Positions 13,059 to 26,518 of a DNA stretch of 64,000 nt are shown here, one piece after another; positions within the stretch are counted from its first letter, which is position 1; each line of letters begins with the position of its first letter. This stretch comes from Octopus sinensis (lineage: Eukaryota): the NCBI RefSeq assembly GCF_006345805.1, contig NC_043000.1, positions 8,928,001 through 8,992,000 of the forward strand. Reading direction: 5' to 3'. The notes under the pieces were generated by a model, which ran no database searches, was not told the DNA's origin, and worked only from the letters and a program-made list of their open reading frames with translations. Both the position numbers and the translations under genes were made by a program.

Positions 13059-13843
13059 GATTTAATAGAATTCCAAATCTCATTGAAAATAATAAAAATG
13101 TGTGAACAAAGTGAACACCCACTAAGACAAAAAAAAAAAAAGAAAAAAAGTTCTCCTTAAAGGAAATTGGATCTGCTTGTTTTTCTTTCTAAATGCAATC
13201 CAGGATGATCTCTGTTTAAAGTGACAGTACGACAGCGTTGACCTAAAAAGGAAAAAAGAAAGTTCACGTGGTGGGTGACAATGTGTGCGTCGTTAAGAAG
13301 TATACATACATACATGGTGGCTGCCCCCTCGTTATCGAGTATGGCCCTTGCACGAAGCTTAATCAATGTTGTTATCGTTCAATGCCTTTGCAAGAAAATT
13401 TTTTTAAAGTGAGGAAAGGCTGTGCACTGAGTCAATCCCACTCACTAAGCAACAGCAGTCATAATCCGAAAAGAAGAACAAGTCAACATCATCGGTAACC
13501 ACTGAGTCGCAGTTTTATGTCGGAGTTATCCCAGTTACCTGAGTTACCTTCTCCAAGAAGGATGCCCTAACAAAGGCTAGGAGTCCTTCACTCCCAATGG
13601 TTTTACCGCGCGATCGGGTATTCAGTCCGATTATTTCTATGTCCCCATGCATGATCCAGTCTTAAGACATTTATTGGATGGCCGTTGACAGGTTTTGTTT
13701 TTCATCCCGCAGGGTGTCCAATAAATACCCTCCTCACGAAACAAGCTTGATGTGCTTGCCGGTTTAGTAGCCGACGACCCGACCATACAACAGGTTGTAC
13801 TGGGTTACATGTTACCAGTAGATACATACATACATACATACAT

Positions 13844-13898
<55 letters not shown>

Positions 13899-13989
13899 TA
13901 AATACATACATACATACATACATACATACATACATACATACATACAAATATGTATGAGTCGGTGTTATCTTCGATGATATCCCTACCCC

Positions 13990-14263
13990 TTCCAGAAACG
14001 TAAACAGCGGTTCTGTTGACGCTGTCGAATGCTTTTTGAAAGTATATGAACAGCGCAAATATTGGGAGACACCACTCAAAACAAGTCTCCAGTACCGTCT
14101 TCAACGTGAGAATTTGTTCAATGCAACTACGGCTGTTTCTAAAGCCAGTCATATCTATCTTTGCACGTGTGCGATTTAACAGAAGCCTGTTAAAGAGTGT
14201 TGTGTCATGATTCATGAGACTTATTTCCCTATAGTTGGACATTTGTCGCAGATTACCTTCCAT
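13990..14263 (-). pseudogene. Non-LTR reverse transcriptase fragment (RTE-like)
   Basis: NYREISLMN..LFNRLLLNR..GFRNSRSCIEQI..FIYFQKAFDSV are N-terminal RT motifs of non-LTR elements. Confidence 0.82.
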
Positions 14264-14390
14264 TTATGTGGTACTATGGTTGAAGACTTCCATTCATTAG
14301 GTCATATGACCATAAATGAACTTATTCACGGAACTTTCTCGATGTTATAAATATAACTAAATGAAAGCAAAATATTAGATATATCATAAA

Positions 14391-14785
14391 CTAGCAGTAT
14401 CGCCCGGCTTTGCTCGGGTTTATTTCGACCCTTTAGAATTGAAATTTTTGAAAAGTAATTTTGCATTATGTAGCTTGTTATTCTCTTTAAGTGAATATTT
14501 TTCTGGTTGAAATACACCGAAAAATGGCGACACAGCAGTAAAAAAATCGTAAAAAATAGGGATTTTCATAGAAAAAAAGCACCTTTTTGATGTAAATAAT
14601 TTTTGGTGTTAACATGGTCCGATTTGAAATTTTTCTTTTACGGAAGGAAGAGCAAGCCTTCTTCTATCATACTCTCAATTTTGGTCAACTTGCGCCGCAG
14701 GGTCTCGGAGGAGATAGTGTTAGTTGAAGGCTACCAAACCTACCACACACAGACAACTTCAGCTTTATACATTTAGATATATAGA
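14391..14785 (-). mobile_element. Non-autonomous Helitron
   Basis: Minus strand 5'-TC start, subterminal hairpin CCCGAGCAAAGCCGGG, 3' CTAG followed by T. Confidence 0.8.
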
Positions 14786-15567
14786 TATTGTCAAGTTTAT
14801 CAGGCAACTGACTTTTGCAATCTGGACTCTGTCTTTCGTTCGTGGTCGATAAATTAAAGTGCCTATCAAGAACGGAGGTTGAGGGTGTTGACTAATCTCC
14901 TCCTATCAAAATTGTTAGTCCTAACCATTCACGCATAAATATTTAAACAACATTACCAACGAGAGAAAACTCTCAAAAGAACATCAGGCTTTCCATCCAG
15001 AAAGCTGTTACATTTAATGTAAGGCAAAATAATTTATAGCTTTAAACTTATTCTTATTTATTCAATCATTTATTCATTTGTCTATTTATCTAACAGTTAT
15101 TCGTCTATCTTTCAAATTTAAGAATTAGATATTACAAATATATTTCGTCAGGGAAACTATTTACAACGTTATGTTACATGTCAAATCGATTCCATTGTAA
15201 AAGTGAACGCCGTTTCTGCACCATTTGAGAATGACAAACATTTAATTTGTAACAGCTAAACAGTTATGGCAACTGTAGTTTTATTTTCCTTTCGTAATAA
15301 CCTTTATGTTGCTATCGAGTATTCAAATTTATCGGCTTGACAGCGTTCTTCTGTGTTGGAGAGCACAAATATATACACGAGTGTTATTTTGCTTTTGAAT
15401 GCATAAAAGTTATATATATACAGGCACAGACACAAATACACACACGCACGCACACGCATATACATTCACACCCTCACGTACCCATATAAGCAGACATAGA
15501 TATATGTACATTAAATTTAAATGGATCTATAAGTAATTACACATCATTTTTCATAGGTATATATATA

Positions 15568-15617
<50 letters not shown>

Positions 15618-15944
15618 GTATATATGTGTGTGTGTGTATGAGTGAGTATGAATGTGCGTCTGTATGTATATATGTACTTATATATGTATGTAGATGTTGG
15701 TGTGTTTACATCCCTGTACCTTAGTGGTTTGGCAAAACAGACCAATAGTATAAGTTTCTAGGCTTACAAAGAATAAGTCCTGGGTGGATTTGTTCAACTA
15801 AAGGCGGTGCTCCAGCATGGCTGCAGTCAAATGACCCAAACAAGTCATATTTATAGACTACCATATTAGTATGGCGATAACTATTAATATCCAGTAACGC
15901 TGCCGTAATCTCCTTTAGAGAGACTTAGTAATTTTAATATTCCT

Positions 15945-16016
<72 letters not shown>

Positions 16017-16865
16017 ATATAATATATATATATATATGTATATGTATGTATATATATGTGTGTGTGCGTCCGTGCATATATGTGTGTATGTATGTTTGTA
16101 TATATGTATGCATGCATGTCATTATTCAGTTTGTTTCAAAATTTCTTGGCAATAATGGAAGAACCGGTTTCTAACCTAAATGCAAAGCTCCGTCATTGGA
16201 ATTTCAACGTGTATGCATGCATGTATGTATGTATGTATGTATGTATGTATGTATGTATGTATGTATGTATGTATGTATGTATGTATGTACGTACGCATGT
16301 ATGCATGCATGTATGTGCAAATTTGTATGTTTTATGTATGTATTCTCATGCATATAGCTACATATCTAGACATACTCATATATATTTAAATGATAAACTC
16401 CTAGAAGGTTTTACAGATTTGTACAGTTCCAGTGATGGATTGGATCTGTAGTCTTCGAATTAGCTTTCTCTTTTCTGGTTTTGAGAAGCCTAATTTCTCA
16501 AGATTGGTATTTAGGCAGTTTGTTACATACCCAGGTCCCAATGTATGTATGTGTGTATGAATGTATGTCTATATGTATGTGTGTGTGTGTGTGGTGTGTG
16601 TATGTATGTACATATTGGTATCAGATTTCGGCTCCATGTCAGCAATTTTGGGGAGGAGTGTAGTCGATTACCTCGACTCCAATATTCAGGTGTTCCAGAA
16701 TCATGATAGGACCTTATGGAGGAGGTGCCTGAGGAATCTACCCACATGATACTCCCAGGCGTAGTGGGCGGAGGAGATGGATGCGTATATGAATGTATGT
16801 GTGTGTGTGTTGTGCTTATATATAATGTGTGTGTGCATATATATAATGTGTGTGTGTGTTTGTTT

Positions 16866-17197
16866 GAAAGCGCATGGTTCAGTGGTTAGAGCGTTGGGCT
16901 TAAAATAGTGAGGTTGTGAGCTCGATTCCCGGACCGGGCTGTGTGTTGCATTCTTGCGCAAGACACTATTTCACGCTGATCTAGTTTACTCAGCTGTAGG
17001 AAATGAGTTGCGATGTCACTGGTGCCAAGCTGTATTGTTCTTTGGCTTTCTCTTGGACAACATCGATAGCGTGGAGAGGGAAGACTGTTATGCATGGATG
17101 ACTGCGGGTCTTCTACAAACAACCTTGCCCAGACTTGTGCCTCAGAGATGAACTTTCTAGGTGCAATCCCGTACTCATTCGTGACCTAAGGGGTCTT
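16866..17197 (+). mobile_element. tRNA-derived SINE, family C
   Basis: A box TGGTTCAGTGGTTAGAGC, B box GAGCTCGATTCC; 5' part repeated at 35903-36050. Confidence 0.82.
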
Positions 17198-17213
17198 ATA
17201 TATATATATATGC

Positions 17214-17251
<38 letters not shown>

Positions 17252-17378
17252 ATATATATAATATATATATATATATATAACAATAATAATAATAAATATT
17301 AGGGAATAAATCCAAATTTACAGGGAAAAATCAGATTCAGGATTAAATCCAATTTTATAGTAAAATATTATATAATAT

Positions 17379-17540
17379 TAATTCGAGACAAAACCACTAT
17401 TTTGCAAAACAAACAAGGAAAGACTTAATCAATACATAAAAATTTTTAATATAAAGAAATATTTCTTTATATTAAAAATTTTTATGTATTGATTAAGTCT
17501 TTCCTTGTTTGTTTTGCATAATAGTGGTTTTGTCTCGAAT

Positions 17541-17542
<2 letters not shown>
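17379..17542. repeat. Spacer-less palindrome, 82-bp arms
   Basis: Symmetric about 17460/17461 (ATAAAGAAAT|ATTTCTTTAT); one mismatch seen. Confidence 0.95.
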
Positions 17543-17577
<35 letters not shown>

Positions 17578-17600
17578 TATATATATATGTGTGTGTGTGT

Positions 17601-17647
<47 letters not shown>

Positions 17648-18107
17648 GCTGGCGGTGGAAATAGCACAGAAGTAAGTCTAAGACATTTTCAATTTAAAAG
17701 AGAATTTGATAAAAATGATTTCAAAAATTATATCAAAAAATATTAATGCTTTCGATGTATCTCATCTTATCAAATATCAGTAAAGATTGAGAAAAATCTG
17801 AAGTAGGAACAGTTTATCTTCTGTCTATGGCTCAAGAACATATGTATGCATTCACGTGTATATATATATATATATGTACACATATATAACGAACTGACTA
17901 CTTCCAGTCATTCACCATGCCGTGGCAGTTGGACACTCATGCCATTCAGTTTTCCTTCTCTCTGCTATGCTCTACATGCGTCTCCTATCTTTCGGAAGAA
18001 GTGTGAATGCTCGAGCGTTAGACACGTTTCCTTTCTCCTTCCCATTTCATGGGTGTCAAACTAATATTAACTTTGTATTTATTTTTCTACTTCGACTTTA
18101 TATTGTA

Positions 18108-18502
18108 CTAGCAGTATCGCCCGGCGTTGCTCGGGTTTGTAAGGGAAATAACTATATAAGCATTTTAAGAGAGATATAGCCAAAAAATAGCAAATAAATG
18201 CATTAAAAATGGAAAAAAAATGATGGTAAATTTTTTTTTAATCGTTGACTCATCGTAGACATTTTTAGAGAGTTACTTCCCTTATATAATAGCGAAAAAA
18301 TGCATTAAAATGGAAAAATGATGGTACATTTTTTTAAAAATCGTAAACTCATCGTAGACGTGCGCTAATACCCAGAAGGGCTCGATATGAATCACGACTA
18401 TAAGATACCCGCTTTTGGTTACACTGCACCGCAAAATGTGGGAGTAGTTAGGAATCTAAATCGTAGGAGACAGACACACAACCTCACTTTTATATATAAA
18501 GA
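18108..18502 (-). mobile_element. Non-autonomous Helitron with internal duplication
   Basis: Minus strand A|TCTTTATATATAAAAG...CCCGAGCAACGCCGGG..CTAG|T. Confidence 0.88.
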
Positions 18503-18539
18503 TTTTTCGTAAAGTTTGTACTGTATATAAACACACACG

Positions 18540-18592
18540 CACACTAATAGTTTCATATGTTGAGAAATACTCAAACATATTCTTCAGGCGCA
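18540..18592 (-). ncRNA. Slightly decayed type-I hammerhead downstream of a Penelope-like GIY-YIG
   Basis: Minus strand TGCGC-CTGAAGA-ATATGTTTGAG-TATTT-CTCAACATAT-GAAAC-TA-tTA^GTGTG; stem III is one change from the palindrome ACTAGT. Confidence 0.65.
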
Positions 18593-18782
18593 AACACATA
18601 TAACGCACTAATAACGAAATTGAATAATAGAAGAAATGCGTAAAAAACCGAGAAGGCAACGTATAGAAAATGCCGGAAGTAAAAAACGGAAAATGAAAAC
18701 AAAAGCTAAAATATAAAAAATAAGAACTGAAAAGGTAAAAGAGCTGATTCTATTTAAAGGACAAGGCTGGAAAGACATCAAG

Positions 18783-19230
18783 TTAGTCAGGAATAGGCGG
18801 AATTTTCCAATTCTTCAAATTATATTTATACATAAGCTTGCAACCACTAAAAATTTCTAAACAAGAGTTCAATAGAGAGTTAAGAATTTTAGATCTGAAC
18901 AAGATCTGCGCTTTTTCAGTTAAACAAAGCCTACATGTGTTCGTTCCGATCACATAGGGTATGAAATCCTCAATTACCTTCCATTTAATCATATGTGGTG
19001 TTTCGTTATTTTTCAAAGTCCATACGCAGCTATACGAGTGCATGGAATATGAACTGTTTTTTCGAACAACGAAAGACACAAATAGAATACAAGACAAACA
19101 ACATAAAGAACGACTCTTCATCAGTTGTTGGCTCTTTTTCTACTCTCGTATTTCGAGCATTTAACAACAACATACGCTTTCGATAAAACGGTTTCTCCCG
19201 CTAAGCAAATTAAATAAAAATTGGGATTTT
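18783..19230 (-). pseudogene. Penelope-like element GIY-YIG endonuclease C-terminal remnant
   Basis: VWTLK..IKWKVI..PY..CRLCLTEK..LLN..EIFSGC aligns by eye with the C-terminus of ORF 38391..39221. Confidence 0.8.
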
Positions 19231-19233
19231 TAG

Positions 19234-19287
<54 letters not shown>

Positions 19288-19352
19288 GGATGATGTGAGG
19301 ACACGTGTATGCATGTATGCATGCATGTATGTATGTATGTATGTATTTATGA

Positions 19353-20281
19353 ATAAATGACTTGCCCGACGATCTCACGCAACACACCCTTCTATTTGCC
19401 GACGATATCAAACTGGTCGCTCCTCACGGTAATATAGAGGATCTTCGTCGATGCCTCCACCAAATTTGGAAGTGGTCTAACGATTGGGACCTGTGCCTGA
19501 ACGTGTCACAGTGCTGTCATCTGCCTGTCGGCTCTACTCCTGCAACTCAACTTGATTTCGAGCCGGGTCGTCTGCTGCTGGAGAGGACCGATCAGGTAAA
19601 GGACCTGGGTATCTTGGTGGATTCCTCCTTTTCGCCTTCGGCCCAGTGCGTCCATGCTGCCAACAAAGCACGCGGAATTCTGTTCTTGATTCGACGGTCA
19701 TTCGGAATGCTCACAGCAACCATATTCCTACCACTCTATGTCACGCTGGTGAGACCCATATTGGAGTATGGGATTCAAGCCTCTTCTCCTTATCTCCTCA
19801 AAGACATACAGCATCTCGAAAGAGTCCAGAAGCTGGCTACCCGCATGGTTCATGGTCTATAAATTTGTCCTACGAAGAAAGGCTGAGGACGCTCGACCTT
19901 TATTCTCTTGAAAAACGCCGCCGCCGTGGTGATCTCATTCTCGCCCACAACATTATAAGCGGAAAGTGTAACCTCTCGAAAGAGCTGTTCTTCACTCCTG
20001 CTCCAGAGCGTCGGCTGCGGAGTAATTCCGAAAAGCTCTACCTGCGACGATTTCATCTCAATCGAAGGAGAGGAGCTTTCTCCGTCCGGGTTGCGGATCC
20101 GTGGAACAAGCTGCCATACGAGATGGTGAAGATGCCGACGACCGCTTTGTTCAAAGCCTCCCTGGACCTCAAGTGGCCTGAACTCTTTACATGAACACCA
20201 CCCTGTACTTAACTCCATGTCCCCCTACATGGCCTTGCTATTTGCTTTTGAGCCAAATTAACTAACTAACTAACTAACTAA
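19353..20281 (+). mobile_element. 5'-truncated CR1-type LINE (RT C-terminus, 3'UTR, (AACT)n tail)
   Basis: INDLPD..LFADDIKL, LVRPILEY, LERVQKLATRMV, YEERL..LEKRRRRGDLI, FSVRVADPWNKLP; one frameshift near 19860. Confidence 0.93.
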
Positions 20282-21464
20282 ATGTGTGTATGTTTGTGTT
20301 TGTCCCTATCACCGCTTGACAACCGATGTTGGCTTATTTATGTCTTTGTATGCTCGTGACTAGGCAAAAAGAGATTGAAGAAATAAGTACCTGACTTAAA
20401 AATAAGTTATAGGGTCGATTTGTTCGACTAAACCCTTCTAAACGGTGTCCCGGGATGGCTGCAGTCCAATAACCGAAACAAGTAAAAGATAAAACATAAA
20501 AACAAGATATCACATAGTTATGTGATAATATTTATTACAAACAGTTATGTGTATGCGATATTGTGGGGAGGTGAAAGAGAGAGAAGAGAGACAGAGGGCG
20601 AGGAAAAAAAGAGACAGTGGGGGAGGAGAGAAAGAGAAAATATGCTTACTAAATATTTATGTTAAGAAATGAACCGCAAAGTTAGCTTTTACGGTTCGCG
20701 TTTACCTGCATCCACCGTACCGTCCATGATTTGAAGCGATCTCCTACCTGCAGCTTTAGTTTGAGGCGATTAAAAGCTGTGGTATGTTGAACCATTCGGC
20801 CGAGTTATACGGCCAAGTAAATGCATATCATTACCTATAGAACCCAGTAGGGGAGCTGTCATGGTCAGTTTTAAATTTCAGTCAGACTGAGAGCTCTCTG
20901 GATAAAAATTTCCGCTCTTAAGAACATGATGACTGTCGGAATGTATCGGAATGCATCAGCTTAGTAAAATAAGAATGCATAAACATAATTCACCGCACGT
21001 ACGCACGCGCACACACACAACACACACACACACACCACACACACACACACACACACACTTATTTGTTTATATATATATATGTGTGTGTGTGTAGTAAATG
21101 AGTATCTAAAGTAAAACAACCTGAATTATTTAGGCATGTCAAGTATAAAAAATAAATCAAACTCGATCTGTCAAACTAAGGCACTTAAAAATAGTTACGC
21201 AACCCCACCACACGCATACACACACAAGTGTACATATAAATGTATGTCTGTATTTCACCATATACGTACATACAAACGTACATACATTCATTTATTCATA
21301 CATACATACATACATACATACATACACATAGATGTGTGTATTCGTGCGTGTTTGTGATTGCTCGTGCATGTAGATATACATATGAGCATGCATAGGTACA
21401 TATTCGATATATGCGTATATGTGTACACACACTCACACACACACACATATATACAGAAAGAGAT

Positions 21465-21520
<56 letters not shown>

Positions 21521-21542
21521 GCAGGCAGGCAGGCAGGCAGGC

Positions 21543-21585
<43 letters not shown>

Positions 21586-21590
21586 TAGAC

Positions 21591-21681
<91 letters not shown>

Positions 21682-22402
21682 CAGACAGATAGACAGATGG
21701 GTAGAGGGAAAGAGGGAGAGAAGGAGCATCCATCTTCCTATTCTCCATTCATTCATTTATTTAATTATTTCTTCCTTTACCATTTTATTGGAATGGGTTT
21801 AAGGGTGGTGACCACTAAAAAAAAAGCAGGTGTGATTTGGTCATCACTGAAAGTCTTTTTTGCTTTCTTTCTATCTCTCTTCTTTTTTTCTTTTCATTTT
21901 TCCCCTTCTTTTCTTTTTTTCCTTTTTCCTTCCTTTTCCCTCCTTTCTTTCTTTTTCTCCTCGTTGAGTTATATTTGGAATATACCCCTTCCAAACATTC
22001 ATTTTTGGAGGGAATTTTTTGATAAAGTGTAGTTCTGAAGGAAAATACTATTTGCAAATTAACAATTTGAAAAATCAATCAGTAAATAAAATAAAATAAA
22101 TATATATACACATACATACATATATATATATACGTAAAGCTAGAACATACCGATGCTACACATAGATATGACTGAACATTTGTAGAGATGAGCCACATTT
22201 GGAATAAAGAATTCAAATTCTCCACTTTACCCTCAAACATTCAATTTTAAGGAGGATTCCTTGATGAAGTGTGTGTTGTGTGTGTGTGTGTGTATGGTTG
22301 GGAATATGTCCATGTTTATACTGTGTAACTTCGATCACGCCTCTTTCAATTCCATGATTTTGCACTAGAGAACATTCGTATAACACTGCCTCTGCTTTTC
22401 TT

Positions 22403-22980
22403 TCAAACATTCAACTTTGGAGAGAATTTTTTGATGAAATGTAATTCCATTGCTTTTCGGTATTTCGGATAGTCCCGTGCACATTTGTAAAAGGGAAAAA
22501 TTTCGAATTTTCCGTCGCTGCATATTTCCAGATGCTTACTTAATGGAATCTTGCATAATTCCTCTTGTCTGATATGTTGCCTGTGGATTCTTGCACGTTG
22601 ACAGAGGGAATTATCTGTTTCACCAATGTAATTTTCTTTGACGTTATGGCAGGTAACGCAGTATATGAGGTTTAGCGTTTTGCAGTTCATATCAGCATTT
22701 ATTTTGAAAAGGGATCCACTCTTGAATTTTGTGTGGGAATCACTTTCCAAGTATATGAAGTGGTTGATATTGTTGCAAGTTCCACATCTCGACATTCTTT
22801 TACTAAGAATTCTGATTCATTCTCTGATTTGAATTCTGCCCTTGTGAGGTGATTTTTAAGAGTTTTTGGTTAGCGTCTGCTATTCTGTAAGGTTTTTTTT
22901 ATTTCTGAGTTTTCACTTTGGAGCTTTGTAGGAGTATAGGTAAGTTCGATTTTTTCCCTCAATATTCAATTTTGTACATC
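22403..22980 (-). pseudogene. Penelope-like element 3' remnant with GIY-YIG endonuclease (Neptune-like linker)
   Basis: ORF 22403..22795: RCGTC linker, LIYCVTC..YIGET..R..HRQH..KH..E..FI..PKLN. Confidence 0.88.
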
Positions 22981-23041
22981 ACACCTAACACTCTATACAC
23001 ACACACACACACACACACACATGTATATTATATATGTGTGT

Positions 23042-23187
<146 letters not shown>

Positions 23188-23315
23188 TTGTCTTTGTGTC
23201 TGTGATTGACCCCCCCATCACTTTTCACTACCAACCAACGTTGGTGTGTTTATGTTACCGAAACATAGCGGTTCGGCACAAGAGCTCAATCGAATAAGTA
23301 CTACGCTTACAAAGA

Positions 23316-23367
<52 letters not shown>

Positions 23368-23375
23368 TATATATA

Positions 23376-23409
<34 letters not shown>

Positions 23410-23533
23410 CGCTGATGTAATAAGAATTTTACAAACTTTTGAGCGAACATAAGTTAATTCGATTTTTTTGTTTTTCTTTGAATAGTAGACTGCGAAACAC
23501 ACACTTAAAACTATAAGTAATGCCATGTAAATA

Positions 23534-23852
23534 TTGTCTTTTGAAAATGTGGGTTCGAGCCCCACGTGCAGCCTTCGACATTTTTCTATCCAAAAAGGCT
23601 TTTCCACCCTCCGAGCGCTTCGCAGGCCGTCGTATGGCAGCGCGCGGTTTCATATAGAGCACCCGAGGCGTAGTGGGCGCAAACAACAGGGCTCGAAACC
23701 CGGGATGCCGTGGAGCGACACGGCTTCGCAGTGATTGCAGAGCAACCCGAGATGAAATGTTTTGTCCAAGAATACAACGCACTACCCGGTCTAAGAATAT
23801 GAAATCATGATCTAGGGATCGGGTGTGCAACACCCTAACCACTAAGGCATGC

Positions 23853-23856
<4 letters not shown>
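23534..23856 (-). mobile_element. tRNA-headed SINE-like element
   Basis: Minus head GCCTTAGTGGTTAGGGTGTTG..TTGTATTCTTGGACAAAACATTTCA; related heads at ~5530-5655, ~56110-56222, ~57520-57605. Confidence 0.65.
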
Positions 23857-23889
<33 letters not shown>

Positions 23890-23896
23890 ATATATA

Positions 23897-24985
23897 CAGG
23901 GTGTCCATAAAGTCTCTTTACAATTTAAAAATATGATTACAAAGGCAGTTGATGAAATATTTTAACCAGATTTGTTTTATTGTAATAATTGTTTATTAAA
24001 GTTTTTATTGATATTAACATTTTGTGTTTCACATACTCTGTTGATGGGAAGGAACTGATTCGCTGAACCCCTATAAAATGAGGATGAAGCATTATTCCTC
24101 AAGCGAGTTTGTTTTAGTGATGAGGCGACTTTCATGTTTCAGGGAAATTAAACAGACACAATGTGGGAATCTGGGCACCAGAACACCCCCATGTGACTAG
24201 GGAGCTTCAACGGGATAGTCCAAAAGGGAATGTGTGGTGTGGAATCATGTCCAATCGAATAATTGGTCCATTTTTCTTCAACGAGGCAACAATTACTGCA
24301 GATGTTTACCTCGACCTTCTGACCGAATATGTGGCACCACAACTGATTGATTTACAACCAACCATCATTTTCCTGCAAGATGGTGCACCACCACATTGGG
24401 GATGGCATGTTCGCCAGTTCCTCAATCAAACATTTCCAGACCGATGGATTGGAAGGGATGGGCCAATTCCATGGCCACCGCGTTCGCCAGATATCACTCA
24501 CTTGGACTTCTTTTTATGGGGTTATGTAAAAGATATCGTGTATCAAACAAAGATACGGGATAGTGCTGACTTGAAGCAGAGGATTTTAACCACTATATAA
24601 ACTCGACAAATACACCAGTTAATTCTATGCTGGAGTCCCTAATTTGCATACCTTAACCACTATATAAACTCGACAAATACACCAGTTAATTCTATGCTGG
24701 AGTCCCTAATTTGCATACCAAAAAATTTTAACCACTATATAATCCCAACAAATACACCAGTTAATTCTAGTTGATGAGGCTATCCTACAGCGAACATAGC
24801 AAGAAATCGAGTACCATCTTGATGTGCTTCGTGCTACTAATGGTACCCATATTGAGGTCTATTAAATAACAGTTAAAAATCTTTAATAAGCAATTATTAC
24901 AATAAAATAAATCTGGTTAAGATATCTTGTCAACTGCGTTTGTAATGAAATCTTAAAATTGTAGAGAGACTTTATGGACACCCTG
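23897..24985 (+). mobile_element. Tc1/mariner element of DD41D (rosa/Visitor) type, internally deleted
   Basis: TA|CAGGGTGTCCATAAAGTCTCT...AGAGACTTTATGGACACCCTG|TA with ~105-bp imperfect TIRs; 41 residues counted between the Asp of QDG and the Asp of HLDFFLWG. Confidence 0.92.
24586..24769. repeat. 67-bp unit x ~2.6 inserted in the transposase C-terminus
   Basis: Units start at 24586, 24653, 24728; transposase resumes VDEAILQRT..IEYHLDVLRATNGTHIEVY* at 24770. Confidence 0.92.
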
Positions 24986-25749
24986 TATATATACGTTTGT
25001 GTGTATATACAGCGGACATTCACACAATTTCTATCAACCAAATTTATCCACAAAACTTTGGTCGGGTCGGAGTAGAAACAGAAGACACTTGCCCACTCAT
25101 TGGGACTGAACCCTAAAATCTGCAAATTCCTTAACCACACATATATAGCCGTATAATATTTCTAAGAAAATAGTATAAAAATGGGAAAATTTCCAACGGG
25201 AAAGGAACAATTATCAATTGCAGAAGTAAGCAGAAAGTGCTACTTGCACTAACAATTATTGAATTTTCTAAATCTAAGCCTGCATTAGTTTTCTTCATGA
25301 ACAGTTAAGAATTTACCTTCCGCAACAGCTTTATCTGTTAGAATTCTGTTGGCGATTTATCTGAAACCTGAGACGTCAACATTTGAAACATTCGGATCTT
25401 TACTACATATAAATATCGCAACGACAAATAAAAATAAAAGATATATGTCCCTGAATTTAAAGATGTATTCCGATCCTATTTAGGAAATGATGGAAATTCC
25501 TCCAATGAGTAAAGTGAGACCAAAAGATATCTTCTTTCTTTTATGTCCGATAACAGTTTTCAATTTTTCCTTCTTGCATCACGTTCTGTCATTCTCGCTT
25601 TGATAACGTATTTTGTTTTCCTTCTTTGCTTCTCATTTGTAATAATAAACTTCTATGCTAGATACACTAATAAAAATAAGTCAGGTTTACCATTGGTTTT
25701 TAATTTAAGCACAATAACAGCAGTCGTAAGGAGTAGCAGCTTCGTCGCT

Positions 25750-26281
25750 GCCATCGACTCCAGTACTTGACTGGTACTGTTTTATCGACTTCTTGAGGGA
25801 TGAAAGGCAAAGTAGATACTGGCGGAATTTGAACTCAGAATATATAGAATCGAAAGACATATTGGTTTCAAATTTTTGCGCAAGGCCACCAATTTCAGGG
25901 AAGAGGGAGAGGACCTAGTGTTTCACTGGTACTTATCTCATCGACGCCGAAAGGGGGAAAAGCAAAATCAACATTGGCAGAATTTGAACTCAGAACGTAA
26001 AGACGGACGAAATACCGCTAAGCATTTTGCCCGTGTGCTAACGATACTTATTTCTTTATTGCCCACAAGGGGTTACACACAGAGGGGACAAACAAGGACA
26101 GACAAACGGATTAAGTCGATTATATAGACCCCAGTGCGTAACTGGTACTCATTTAATCGACCCCGAAAGGATGAAAGGCAAAGTCGACATCGGCGGAATT
26201 TGAACTCAGAACGTAACGGCAGACGAAATACGGCTACGCATTACGCCCGGCGTGCTAACGATTCTGCCAGCTCGCCGCCTT
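25750..26281 (-). mobile_element. Three stacked SINE family A copies (youngest 26048-26281)
   Basis: Reverse complement of the 4481-4710 sequence. Confidence 0.88.
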
Positions 26282-26318
26282 TATAGTAGAAAGAATGTTA
26301 ATATTTAGAATAATTTAT

Positions 26319-26472
26319 ATGGCTGTGTGGTAAGTAGCTTGCTTACCAACCACATGGTTCCGGGTTCAGTCCCACTTCGTGGCACCTTGGGGAAGTGTCT
26401 TCTACTATAGCCTCGAGTCGACCAAAGCCTTATGAGTGGATTTTGTAGACGGAAACTGAAAGAAGCTCGTCG

Positions 26473-26518
<46 letters not shown>

